Assembly: GCF_006345805.1 (NCBI RefSeq)
Contig: NW_021836883.1
Location: 1 to 37,177, forward strand
DNA: 37,177 bases
Direction: 5' to 3'
Source of the DNA: Octopus sinensis
Lineage: Eukaryota
Positions 1 through 11,715 of the stretch are shown here, one piece after another (positions within the stretch are counted from its first letter, which is position 1; every line of letters begins with the position of its first letter). The position numbers and the translations under genes are program-made. The notes under the pieces were generated by a model. The model searched no databases, had not been told where the DNA came from, and worked only from the letters and a program-made list of their open reading frames with translations.

Positions 1-30
1 AGCCTGTCAATTACAGGCTTCTCTGAATTC

Positions 31-140
31 GATCAGCTCGGGGCTATAGCGGAAGACACCTACCCAAAGTGCCACGCAGTGGAACTGAACCCGAAACCAT
101 GTAGCTAGGAAGCAAGCTCCCTAACTTCACAGCTATGCCC
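31..140 (-). mobile_element. SINE family A, 5' fragment (tRNA-like head)
   Basis: Reverse complement matches the head of the full copies at 14153 and 34210 (gctgtg..agcttgct..acatggtt..ggttcagttccactgcgtggcac). Confidence 0.8.
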
Positions 141-307
141 TTCTGAATTCGACCAGTATACAGTGAATCGTCTCATTACAAATTTTGTTCAGTGCATACT
201 TTTTGGTAAGCCTTACTTAGGAGTGTACACAAAACTACGTGCTTAAATTCGTAAAATCATCGTTACACAATATTCTTTTGCAGCAGAAAATTTACTGTCG
301 CATTTAA

Positions 308-735
308 AGGTGGCGTGCTGGCAGAAACGTTAGCACTCCGAGCGAAATGCGTAGCCGTATTTCGTCTGCCGCTACGTTCTGAGTTCAAATTCCGCCGAGG
401 TCGACTTTGCCTTTCATCCTTTCGAGGTCGATAAATTAAGTACCAGTTACTCACTGGGGTCGATATAATCGACTTAATCCGTTTGCCTGTCCTTGCTTGT
501 CCTCTCTGTGTTTATCCCCTTGTAGGTAGTAAACAAATAGGTATTTCGTCACTCATTACGTTCTAAGTTCAAATTCCGCCGAGGTCGACTTTGCCTTTCA
601 TCCTTTCGAGGTCGATAAATTAACTACCAGTTACGCACTGGGGTCGATATAATTGACTTAATCCGTTTGTCTGTCCTTGTTTGCCCCCCCCCCCCGCCTG
701 TGTTTAGCCCCTTGTGGGTAGTAAAGAAATAGGTA
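308..735 (+). mobile_element. SINE family B with tandemly duplicated ~190-bp body
   Basis: Head ggtggcgtgctggcagaaacgttagc and B-box-like gagttcaaattcc; the body gtatttcgtc...gtaaagaaataggtat occurs twice (about 357-540 and 541-735). It contains gcctttcatcctttcgaggtcgataaattaagtacc, resembling the Meta-type central domain (from memory). Confidence 0.9.
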
Positions 736-1715
736 TGATACAACTTTATATTTCCCTTCATTTATCAGTCGGAGCCGTTACAATGAACTGTTTCACCTCT
801 ACAATGATGTTGCTTGTGAAGAATTAAGAAAGTGGGCCATTGCAAATATTCATCTCCATTATTACTTAAAAGTGCTGGTGATTGCAAAGTTTATAGCGGT
901 TGTCCTGATTGACATAAACTGGCCAATCACAAAGGATTTTTGTAAGTAAACAGAACGCATACCGCCGGTATGTTAATTACATACTGCTAATTTACAGCTG
1001 TCCTAAAAGACCCCTACAGGCTGAGTGCCCTGACAAAGCGGTGTGAAAGAATATTTTGATGAAGCAGTGTAAACAGAAAGTACCATGAGACTCTAATTGT
1101 TTACGGTTTGTCAACTGTTGCAAATGGCGACTGATGTACGTCAGCTACGTTTACACTGTTGCCAGTTGCAGGTTTAATAGACGAGTCTATAACACATTCT
1201 TAAAACATAATTTTATTATAAGTTTACTATTTGTTTAGTTTCCCAAAAAGATCATTAAGTTTTAGTCGAAAATATTAAATGGCAGGATCATAGAAACTAT
1301 TCAAATGTTGTTTGACACCATTCTTCATTATGATTGGTGGTACTGTAAACCACAGAATATTCAAGTTCAGCTTTACACTTGTTAAAGATGATCTCTTGTT
1401 TGGAAGTGAAGTTTTTAAGCCTCTAAATATCTTAACAAACAGACTAAACTGATTATCAAACGTAAATTGATTCATATAACTGAAGTGTGCAAACCAACGC
1501 AGATTGACTATCTTACCGCAAGTAAAACATCAAATAGCGCTGCAGATTCATGCCAATACAGTCATAGAACCGCGCAGTAGTTGAAACCGGAAGTAAACTT
1601 CCATGAAAGCATTCAGACGGTCAACGACAGTTCATTTTATTTCGATCTTTGTTGAGCGAACAGATGATTACGTTTCTCAAACACCCTGCAAATGGCTTGT
1701 CAGGCATCGTATATA

Positions 1716-2106
1716 TGGGATGGAAGCACTCCGTCGGTTACGACGACGAGGGTTCCGGTTGATCCGAATCAACGGAACAGCCTGCTCGTGAAATTAACGT
1801 GTAAGTGGCTGAGCACTCCACAGACACGTGTACCCTTAACATAGTTCTCGGGGATATTCAGCGTGACACAGAGGGTGACAAGGCCGGCCCTTTGAAATAC
1901 AGATACAACAGAAACAGGAAGTAAGAGTGAGAGAAGTGTTGTGGTGAACGAGTACAGCAGGATCCACCACCATCCCCTGCCGGAGGCTCGTGGAGCTTTA
2001 GGTGTTTTCGCTCATAAACCCTCACAACGCCCGGTCTGGGAATCGAAACCGCGATCCTATGACCGCGAGTCCGCTGCCCTAACCACTGAGCCATTGCGCC
2101 TCCACC
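1716..2106 (-). mobile_element. SINE family C (tRNA head + centre C + tail 1)
   Basis: Minus strand has A-box tggctcagtggt and B-box ggtttcgattccc; near-identical to 10708-11080; flanked by an 11-bp direct repeat CATCGTATATA (1705-1715 and 2107-2117), a likely TSD. Confidence 0.92.
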
Positions 2107-2368
2107 CATCGTATATAACAATAGTCACCAAACATTGAACTTTTGAATCAGTTATGATAAAGGAACCTTCTCGGTTAGAAATGGTTATAGCAAATGAAAC
2201 AAATTACCTGATAGTACATAAAAACGCCAAACGAGACTAAATCTCTTGATGTATTTTCAGCAATCATACTGCTAACTCATCGCAAAGGAACTGATATTGC
2301 TTATTAATACACACGCAGACATTTTAAGCCAAGTTCATAACTTGGAAAATGAAATTATATTTCTTTGT

Positions 2369-2705
2369 GTGAAGGCGCGTGGCTTAGTGGTTAGGGCATT
2401 CGACTGACGATTGTAAGGTCGTTTGTTCGATTCCCGGCGATGCGTTGTATCCTTGAGCAAGACACTTTATTTCACGTTGCTCCAGTCCACTCAGCTGGCA
2501 AAAATGAGTTTTACCTGTATTTCAAAGGGCCGGCCTTGTCACACTCTGTGTCACGCTGAATCTCCCTGAGAACTACGTTAGGGGTGCGCGTGTCTGTGGA
2601 TTGCTCAGTCACTTGCACGTTAATTTCACGAGCAAGCTGTTCCGTTGATCGTATCAGCTGGGACCCTCGTCGTTGTAACCGACAGAGTGCTCCTATTATA
2701 TACTA
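2369..2705 (+). mobile_element. SINE family D (tRNA head + CORE-like centre + tail 1)
   Basis: A-box tggcttagtggt, B-box gttcgattccc, centre ccttgagcaagacacttt..ctccagtccactcagctgg, then the same tail as family C; 13-bp flanking repeat TATATTTCTYTGT (2356-2368 and 2706-2718). Confidence 0.9.
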
Positions 2706-3159
2706 TATATTTCTCTGTAAAAAAATATTTCGTACATTCTCACAGTTATGAAATATAACATATCAGAAGTATATGAAGCAGAAATTATAAAAGCAGATTG
2801 CGAACACAAAATTTGATACTCTGAAGTTTGAAGTACATCATCCGAAACAAAACTTTACAGCCACAACTGAAAAGCTAAAGAATAAAATTTACGTTTAATA
2901 AACTCATTTTCTTAAACCCTTATCTCTCTATATTCTCGACTCTAGGCCGTCTCTTTTGCTTCTCTCCAGTTTAATGCCTGCATTTCTAAGCAGCTCTCTA
3001 TTGGATTTGGTAGCACTATCTTATATTTTTCCTTGAAGGAAGACCTTCCTCCCTCAGGTCTTGCTGGTTTGAATAGTCATGAATGCTTCTGTAATTGTGC
3101 TTTTTGTCTATGTAGAAATGTTAACCCTACGCAAACTTGTTTTTAGCTCTCGAAATCTA

Positions 3160-3280
3160 GGAGTCACATTAGTCTAATCTCTTACCTTTGACCTGTCCAG
3201 CATGGGAGGTCCTACCAGGAATGTGTGCTTCGTTGGCAAATCTCTCTGATTAAGTGAGGCACAAAATTACCACACTGTAA
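3160..3280 (-). mobile_element. Decayed RTE-clade LINE 5' region fragment
   Basis: Minus strand reads cctggtaggacctcccatgctggacaggtcaaaggtaagagattagactaa, resembling the conserved 5' segment of RTE/Expander-type elements as I recall it; no ORF remains. Confidence 0.45.
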
Positions 3281-3993
3281 TAAGAACTGGATTCCATAGC
3301 ACTCGTAGCAATATAAAAAACACCAAATATTAAATAACCTTTTTACTAGAGATTCCAAATCCGACAATTGTAGCCACAAAGTAAATAACACAACCTTTAT
3401 AAAAGACTTATTGAAAGAACAAGTTGAAAGTTACAGGGAATATATAAGTAGAGGCGGAAATAATCAGTTGAACAAGCAATGTGTATGACTACAAACATTA
3501 GAACAACATAATTGCAAAAACAATATGGAATTAATGGCAAACATCAGAAAACAAACCTAAAGAAAATGACCAACAGAAAACGACTCAAACGTGTTCATAT
3601 TTTGTGGTCCCAAACAACAATATCAAATACGTTCGGTAAATTTACTTTAATTTGCGTAATTATAATTAAACCTACACGTGATTCTTTCTCTACATCTAAA
3701 AAAAAAATCTCTGACCACTCTTCAAAGTATTCGTCAGAATATTTATGCTTCATTAATGAAATTGAAGCAATGCGAAAAGAGATCATAAGCCATAAACATC
3801 CGACTAGCAACCATAAGATTTTCCCCTGAGATTGCAAATCCGAATTTCTGTGCAATTCTAATTCTCTTAAGATTATTTCTCCTTTTCTATAAAAATTGAT
3901 TTTCTTCCCTAACTAACAATCAGATTACAATTTATTTGAAATCCTTTGCTAACATCAATTCACCATACGTAAATAAAGGAGCAGCATCTTTCT

Positions 3994-3996
<3 letters not shown>

Positions 3997-4034
<38 letters not shown>
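3997..4034. repeat. (AC)n microsatellite
   Basis: Direct reading. Confidence 0.95.
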
Positions 4035-4035
<1 letters not shown>

Positions 4036-4528
4036 AAACACACATCCACATTTCTTCCGAAAGAGCTGTAATGTGCTGTAATGTCATTTAGAGAAGAACT
4101 GGTAGCTGTTAAATTGTATCGGCTGATAGGCATATAAATAGCTCCCAACAATGATCGCCTGTGTGCCATCAAAATATTCTTTCAGCCACCCACTCGACAT
4201 ACACGAAATACCCGAATACCAACGAATCTGTAGCTAAACTTATCTTGCATAAAACGTGGAAGAGGGGTAAATAGCGAAAGCAATTTCAAAAGCCTCTTAA
4301 ACAGGCACCCGAATTTCCGACTGAAAATAAAAAAGATACAAAAGAAATAAACGAGTTCAAAATCGACCCTTAACATGATCCACTTTATCAAGCTTCAAAT
4401 TCTGCAGCCCAAACATTCCTTCGGACTTCAGAGCCGTTCTGGAAGATTTTGCTTTATCATCTGCCGTTGAAATTAAATGACGTCGGAAAAAAATAGAAGA
4501 TAGAATTGTTTTTCCGAATAGCTCTCAT

Positions 4529-4561
<33 letters not shown>

Positions 4562-4650
4562 TATATTATATATATATATATAATATATATTATATATATA
4601 TTATAATATATATTATATATATATATATATATACATATATATATACATAT

Positions 4651-4704
<54 letters not shown>

Positions 4705-4712
4705 ATACACCT

Positions 4713-4749
<37 letters not shown>

Positions 4750-4814
4750 TATATATACGCATATATATATATATGTATAGGTATGTATAATGTATATATA
4801 TATATGATATATAC

Positions 4815-4853
<39 letters not shown>

Positions 4854-5230
4854 TAGATATGTATGCATAATATATATATTATATAATATATAATATGTAT
4901 GCATATATATATATGTATATGTTTGTATATGTATATATATGATATATACTATATATATGCATTATATATATGTATATATATATATATATGTATGTATATA
5001 CGAATATATATACATACGTATGTATATATATATATATATTATATATATGTACATGCATATATATATATACACGCATATATACACATATATTTATGTATAA
5101 ATATATACACATATATGTATATATGTACATACACATGTGTATATATGTACGCGCGCGTGTGTCCTTATGTGCGTGTGTGAGTGTATGTATATGTGTGTAT
5201 GTGTGTGTATGCATATATATATGTATGTGC
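4529..5230. repeat. (TC)n followed by long degenerate (TA)n/(TG)n tract
   Basis: Direct reading; source of the Y/I/C/V-rich spurious ORFs. Confidence 0.95.
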
Positions 5231-5304
5231 GAATGTGTAACTTTGAAGACAATACCATTCCAAAGAACACAGAAACAATTACATTTCTGCTTACTCAAGC
5301 AATA

Positions 5305-5892
5305 ACAAGCACATACACACCCATAAATACATACATATGCACACATACATACATGAATACATACATACATACATACACACATGCATACATACACACATAC
5401 GTATACACATACATACACACACATATACATACTTGCATATATACATACATACATACATGCATACATACATACATACATACATACATACATACATACATAC
5501 ATACATACATACATACATACATACATACACACACATACATAAATACATACATGCACACATACATGCATACATACATACGTACGCGCATACATACACACAT
5601 ACGTATACACATACATACACACACATATACATACTTGCATATATACATACATACATACATGCATACATACATACATACATACATACACACACATACATAA
5701 ATACATACATACATACATGCATACATACATACATACATACACACACATACATAAATACATACATGCACACATACATACGTACGCGCATACATACACACAT
5801 ACGTATACACATACATATATACACACATACATGCATACACATACACAAAGTTGCAACCATACACATGAATTCATACAAAAAAATAAATGCCA

Positions 5893-5934
<42 letters not shown>

Positions 5935-5955
5935 ACACACACACACACGCACACA
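5305..5955. repeat. (TACA)n/(CA)n compound satellite with ~200-bp higher-order period
   Basis: Marker ACTTGCA at 5431 and 5633; marker ACGCGCATAC at 5581 and 5781. Confidence 0.85.
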
Positions 5956-6253
5956 CGTTTCTATGGAAAGAAGCAACAACACTAGATACAAAAGAATGAA
6001 AAAAAAGCCCACAAATGACCAAATTTCACTTTCTTAACAATTTAAAGAATGTTTCCAATGAAGGGAAAAGAAATACGCCTTGATTTAAATACTTCCACCG
6101 CACCCCCACCTTCTGTCGCCCCTCCTCTCTCTCTCTCTTTCTCTTTCGCTCTCTCTGATACCCACAGGCTCACAAACATAAGCACCCACGCTGTGGCACA
6201 CACAGAACCGTTGGAACTGTTGAATATACGCACGCATAAATACATGCACACAT

Positions 6254-6285
<32 letters not shown>

Positions 6286-6352
6286 GTGTATGTGTACATA
6301 GATTTACATGACTGAGCGTGTGTGTATATATGTATATATATATGTATGTAAT

Positions 6353-6572
6353 GGCGGCGAGCTGGCAGACACGTTAGCGCGCCGGGCGAAATGCTTAGCG
6401 GTATTTCGTCTGTCGTTACGTTCTGAGTTCAAATTCCGCCGAGGTCAACTTTGCCTTTCATCCTTTCGGGGTCGATAAATAAAGTACCAGTTTCGCACTG
6501 GGAGCGATATAATTGACTCAATCCCTTCGTCTGTCCCCTCTATGTTTAGCTCCTTGTGGGCAGTAAAGAAAA
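6353..6572 (+). mobile_element. SINE family B monomer
   Basis: Same head and single body as the 308-735 copy; TATATATATGTATGTA lies on both sides (TSD-like, within a microsatellite). Confidence 0.9.
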
Positions 6573-6607
6573 ATATATATATATGTATGTATATATATAT
6601 GTATGTA

Positions 6608-6665
<58 letters not shown>

Positions 6666-7539
6666 ATAGATGTGTGTGTGTATACTATACATACATGTAA
6701 TATATATATTCACATATATTACTATAAAAGCATACATGCAATTGTATGGGTACATATGCATTCACATAGACACATATATACGTACGTAGGTATGTTTTAT
6801 GTATGTATAATGTATGCTTGTGTGTTAGAGTACAAGCATAAATACGTGCATATATATGCATATATATATATACACTCACTCGTATACCCATTAACACACG
6901 TGTTTGTCAACTTAAATCAATAGCGCAGCAGGGCCACATGTGGCAATCCCTTTTATTGTTTTTGCCGTGGGTGTGTACAGAAATATGCTTGTGCGCAATT
7001 TTATCTTTCTTGGCAAAGTATATGTGCATCTATAGGAGTAACCATTTTCAATTTTCAAAAAGTTCAATTTCTTCTTGAAAACTTGCGCACACATTTTGGT
7101 CCTACGCGCACAATTTGCTCTCTTGTGCGCGCGCACATTGCATCTTTGTGCTCGCGCACATTTTCCCTACATTTGTGCGTGCTACAAGTATCCTGCATAG
7201 ACAGAACACTACCTAGAAAGATAGCTTATTCCCTCTTTCGCAGATGAAGACTACCAAGTGTTTCCTATTCGTTTAGCGTTTCCCAGTTTGATTCGTGTTC
7301 CAGGAACTAATATACTTATATATATACCTTCACTATTTGTTCTTCACTCTATTTACTATATTTGTAGATATATTTTTTTCTGTGTTTGTAGAACTTTATA
7401 CGCCAGGAAGCGCATCGTTGGCATTATTATGCACTTTTCCCCCTTATTTAAGCTACTTGCATCGTAATGTATGATAATTTACATTTTGCGGATATACTTT
7501 CACTTAGCTATCGATATATGCACATATGTCGATTATACA

Positions 7540-7582
7540 CTGATGTAAGAAAAGGACGTTTATAAAGCTTGAAACATGTGTA
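7540..7582 (+). ncRNA. Decayed hammerhead-like motif
   Basis: CTGATGT-AAG...CTT-GAA-AC ATGT GT-A: the core has A9 changed to U and stem I does not pair. Confidence 0.25.
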
Positions 7583-7631
7583 CCGCGACATCCTTTGTGT
7601 TCTGTTTTTGATTTCATTTGATACATATACC

Positions 7632-8049
7632 TACTTCTTTACTACCCACAAGGGGCTAAACACAGAGAGGACAAACAAGGACATACACACGGATTAAATC
7701 GATTATATCGACCCCAGTGCGTAACTGGTACTTATTTAATCGACCCCGAAAGGATGAAAGGCAAAGTCGACCTCGGACGAATTTGAACTCAGAACGTAAC
7801 GGCAGACGAAATACTCATTTCTTTACTACCCGCAAGGGGCTAAACACATAGAGGACACACAAGGACAGACAAACGGATTAAATCGATTATATCGACCCCA
7901 GTGCGTAACTGGTACTTATTTAATCGACCCCGAAAGGATGAAAGGCAAAGTCGACCACGGACGAATTTGAACTCAGAACGTAACGGCAGACGAAATACTG
8001 CTAAGCATTTCGCCCGGCGTGCTAACGATTCTGCCAGCTCACCGCCCTT
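7632..8049 (-). mobile_element. SINE family B dimer with 16-bp TSD
   Basis: Head plus two ~187-bp bodies; ATTTGATACATATACC occurs at 7616-7631 and 8050-8065. Confidence 0.93.
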
Positions 8050-8532
8050 ATTTGATACATATACCCTCTCACCTCTGCTACTAGCTGGCGTATACAGGTG
8101 CTTACACTTATCAAGTATTCGCCCTACATTTATTGTACCTACCTGATATATGCACATACATACATCCAAACATACATTCTTAAATACATACTTATATCTA
8201 TATGCATTCATGTGTTAGAGTTGCAATTATCTGCCAAGTGACTTGATGCGAGATTACTTGTTGAGGGTGAAGGAAGTAATTACGTCAAAGAGTCATTAAA
8301 GCCATTAAGAAACACAAAATCTACTCAGTTTATTGTGAGTTTATTTTCTGAGGTGTGAAAAATCATCGTCACACAATTACCACCTGGACTTCAAGCTTCC
8401 GTGGGCCGCCTTCGTCAAAATAAATTTGATACTCTACTTAAAGTTGTTGAGGGATCATTCAGTTAATATACTTAACTGTCTTTATATGATTGCTCGTAAA
8501 ACACGTTTCCATAAATACACCCATTCACGAAC

Positions 8533-8559
8533 GTGTGTGTGTGTGTGTGTGCGTGTGTG

Positions 8560-8612
<53 letters not shown>

Positions 8613-8942
8613 GTGTGTGTGTATGCGTGTGTTAAATACTATTATATTAAATCTTTACAAAAACGGCACACTAACACAGACCTAATGAAAGGAAGTTTTT
8701 TTGTGTGTAAGCGCTTTCACAGAGTTTCAAAGGCACACACAAACACACATACACACACACATCCATCCATCCATCCATACATACATACATACATACATAC
8801 ATACATACATACATACATACATACATACATACGTACGTACGTACATACATACATACATACATACATACATACATACATACATACATACATACATACATAC
8901 ATACATACATACATACATGCATGCATACATACGTACGTACAT
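8533..8942. repeat. (GT)n tract (8533-8628) and (TACA)n tract (~8740-8942)
   Basis: Direct reading. Confidence 0.9.
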
Positions 8943-9004
8943 ATGTAGTTATGTCCCTTTTAAAATGATTTAAACACACAACGAAAGATTGATTGCACCG
9001 ATTG

Positions 9005-9180
9005 TGCATCGGACAAAATGCTAGCGACATTTCTTTCAATTCTTTACGTTCCGTATTCAAATCATTCCAAGGTCAGCTTTGCCTTTCATCCTCTCGGAGA
9101 TTGATAAAATAAAGTGTCAGTTGATATAATCAACGGACCCTCTTCCCACAAAATTTCAAGGATACTAAAAAAGGATTATT
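9005..9180 (+). mobile_element. Old, diverged family-B-related SINE
   Basis: ttacgttcc..ttcaaat..caaggtcagctttgcctttcatcctctcggagattgataaaataaagt aligns by eye with the family B centre; the tail differs. Confidence 0.65.
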
Positions 9181-9548
9181 ATTGTGTTGTTGTTGTAGCT
9201 GTTGTCATCGTTATTGTTATTGTCATATTTGTTTTTGTTGTTCTTTATTTTTGCTTTTAATGCCATTGCGAAAGAGAGACGTGAATTATCAGTGTAGAAG
9301 AACGAAGTCCTCTCTGATAAACTCGTGTTATTTGAATATGGTACTATGAAATATATATCTATAGATTTAAGCCAGCACTATGTGTAATACACAGATATCA
9401 ACACTTTGTGCGTGTATTAAATATTTTCGTGGTTAGAAAAGGAAAACTCGGCTGAGCTAATTTTAGTCAAATGTTGAGATCTCCACTGTCATCGAATGTA
9501 GCAGACATAGTAGTATGCTGGGGTTCTAATTCTGCAGAAAACAAATTT

Positions 9549-9950
9549 GGGATCTTTTCGGTTTGAACGGCAGTTTTTAACATAATTTCTAGGTAACTAA
9601 AAAATGTTAAGCTTAGTATACTGATAGAATGTGTTTATAAAACATATTTTTCTCTTGGCTTTATTGAGAAAATTCTATAGTTTGTAAGGTATTTGTTGTG
9701 TTTTTTTTCTTCAATTTCTGCAATTTCAACCAATCAATGACCGTCTATTGAGAGGAAAACATTCTGTGCCGTATGAAAATGTCCCTCGTTTAAGAAACAG
9801 ATTGGGTTTATTTACATTTGTGAAGAAAAAAAGATACCCTAACCCGAAAATAGATTGAAACGCAATAGATCGATACTAGGGTCATAATTATGGGTGATAA
9901 TTTCATATGACACCGCTAGAAAAAACTGCCGTTCAAACCGAAAAGATCCC
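9549..9950. mobile_element. MITE, 402 bp, perfect 30-bp TIR (GGGATCTTTTCGGTTTGAACGGCAGTTTTT)
   Basis: TIRs at 9549-9578 and 9921-9950; AAATTT immediately flanks both ends; no coding capacity. Confidence 0.88.
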
Positions 9951-10707
9951 AAATTTGTTTTTCAAAACTCTAGTGATCGATTTAATAAGTATCAGCCAAT
10001 TCCTGGATCGATGGAGCCTTAATTAAATTTACGTTCTTGGGCCAATGTGAGGGAAAATTAATAACCCTTTCGCATAACCTACAACGTTAAACTTCAACTC
10101 TTAAAGTCATTGCAGCTCCATAAGTAAAAAAAATTATTTCCCTCTACCCAGAAATGTATACACCACTGCTACAATAGCATCATAAAAGCTATGGATCTCC
10201 AAGACCAGACAGACATGAAAATAGAAATACCTGCAACATTCATAGCATCATCATAACCTCATTAACTCTATCACCTGTCCTGGGAATTACACCTCCAAAA
10301 ACAAGTGCAGAGGAACGACAACCGTGACGCTTTGGCGGAGTTCAACTCACCCGCTTCGCCGTGGCCTCAACTAGAATCGACAGAAATAAACTGGACGGTG
10401 AAGACGATGCAGAATGTTACGCTGCACTCTTTAGAATTGATCACCGCATATCAGGGTTTGCGATATGGTGACAACTGTTCAGAGACATTGTATATTTGGG
10501 AGAATAGATCTGTGGTTTACGCCGCGTCTTACGACCAACTACCTACGTGTCACAGAACTACGCGATCGGTGCTGACCAGAAGCTACAGAAAGCCCACAAC
10601 AATATTACTGCCACAATCACACCACCACAAATACTTTCATTCCACTACGATGATAAAAAAATACATTATGACCACAACCTGTTCCTTCATACATTAAGTG
10701 AAGTACT

Positions 10708-11080
10708 GTGGAGGGGCAATGGCTCAGTGGTTAGAGCAGCGGACTCGCGGTTGTAGGATCGCGGTTTCGATTCCCAGACCGGCGTTGTGAGTGTTTTTTG
10801 AGCGAAAACACCTAAAGCTCCACGAGGCTCTGGCAGGGTTGGTGGCGAACCCTGCTGTACTCTTTCACCACAACTTTCTCTCACTCTTTCTTCCTGTTTC
10901 TGTTGTACCTGTATTTCAAAGGGCCGGCCTTGTCACTCTCTGTGTCACGCTGAATCTCTCCTAGAACTATGTTAAGGGTACACGTATCTGTTTAGTGCTC
11001 AGCCACTTGCACATTAATTTTACGAGCAGGCTGTTCTGTTGATCGGTTCAACTGGAACCGTCGTCGTCGTAACCGACGGA
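10708..11080 (+). mobile_element. SINE family C (head + centre C + tail 1)
   Basis: Matches 1716-2106; A and B boxes intact. Confidence 0.92.
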
Positions 11081-11116
11081 GAGAAGGAAAAGAAAATGAA
11101 GAACTTGTATTCTAAG

Positions 11117-11345
11117 GTGGATGCACATGGCTTAGTAGCTACGGTGATTGACTTCTGATCGTAAGACTGTGATTTCGATTCCTGGACCAGACAATGCGTT
11201 TGTGCTCTTTCACCTTGCTCCAGTTCATTCGGCTGGTAAAAAATCACCAATCCTGAGATGGACTGGCGTCCCATCCAGGGAGGAAAATACAAAGGCCAGA
11301 GAAATGGGAAATGGACCCTATGCTCCTTATGGGGTGATGAGGACT
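11117..11345 (+). mobile_element. Diverged SINE family E (head + CORE-like centre + tail 2)
   Basis: catggcttagt..tttcgattcctggacc..ttgctccagttcattcggctgg, then ctgagatggactggcgtcccatccaggg as in 17409-17607. Confidence 0.7.
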
Positions 11346-11515
11346 AACCATGAGTTCCAAGCGATCGTTCTAATCCCCAAGTTTCCGGCTACGGATTTTC
11401 GAGTAGGTATCAGCTTATCCGCTTCACTAGTGTGAGAGGAGCGACTGGAATGGTTAGAGGTACTGTATTCGTCTTCAGAATAGCTTCGAAGAGAAAGCAA
11501 GTGTTATAACAAAAC

Positions 11516-11530
11516 CACTACTACTACTAT

Positions 11531-11591
<61 letters not shown>

Positions 11592-11715
11592 CCTGCTGCT
11601 GCTGCTGCTGCTGCTGCTACAACTACTACTACAAACAACAACCAGAGCTAAAGCTGTCACAACAACTACTTTAAAACATTACCACTAACACCACCACCAC
11701 CAAAGCAACAACTAC
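11516..11715. repeat. Compound (CTA)n(CTG)n(CAA/CCA)n trinucleotide repeat
   Basis: Direct reading; gives the poly-Ser ORF at 11475-11660. Confidence 0.9.

Noticed and set aside
769-945. Frame with four in-frame TGAs near cysteines (QUCCLU..), suggesting a selenoprotein
   Set aside because: The TGAs are explained as T+GAN junctions of the neighbouring open frame; I saw no SECIS and no homology beyond a 3-residue resemblance.
1288-1415. Minus-strand TTTAG|RLKNFTSKQEIIFNKCKAELEYSVVYSTTNHNEEWCQTTFE* as a terminal exon
   Set aside because: Only 41 codons, a weak acceptor, no upstream partner exon and no known similarity.
1585-1605. CCGGAAGTAAACTTCC (ETS-like pair) as a promoter
   Set aside because: An isolated short motif without other support.
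3330-3829. A-rich reading frames, including the 105-aa ORF at 3512
   Set aside because: Interrupted by stops with no recognisable motif; may be a very old element but cannot be called.
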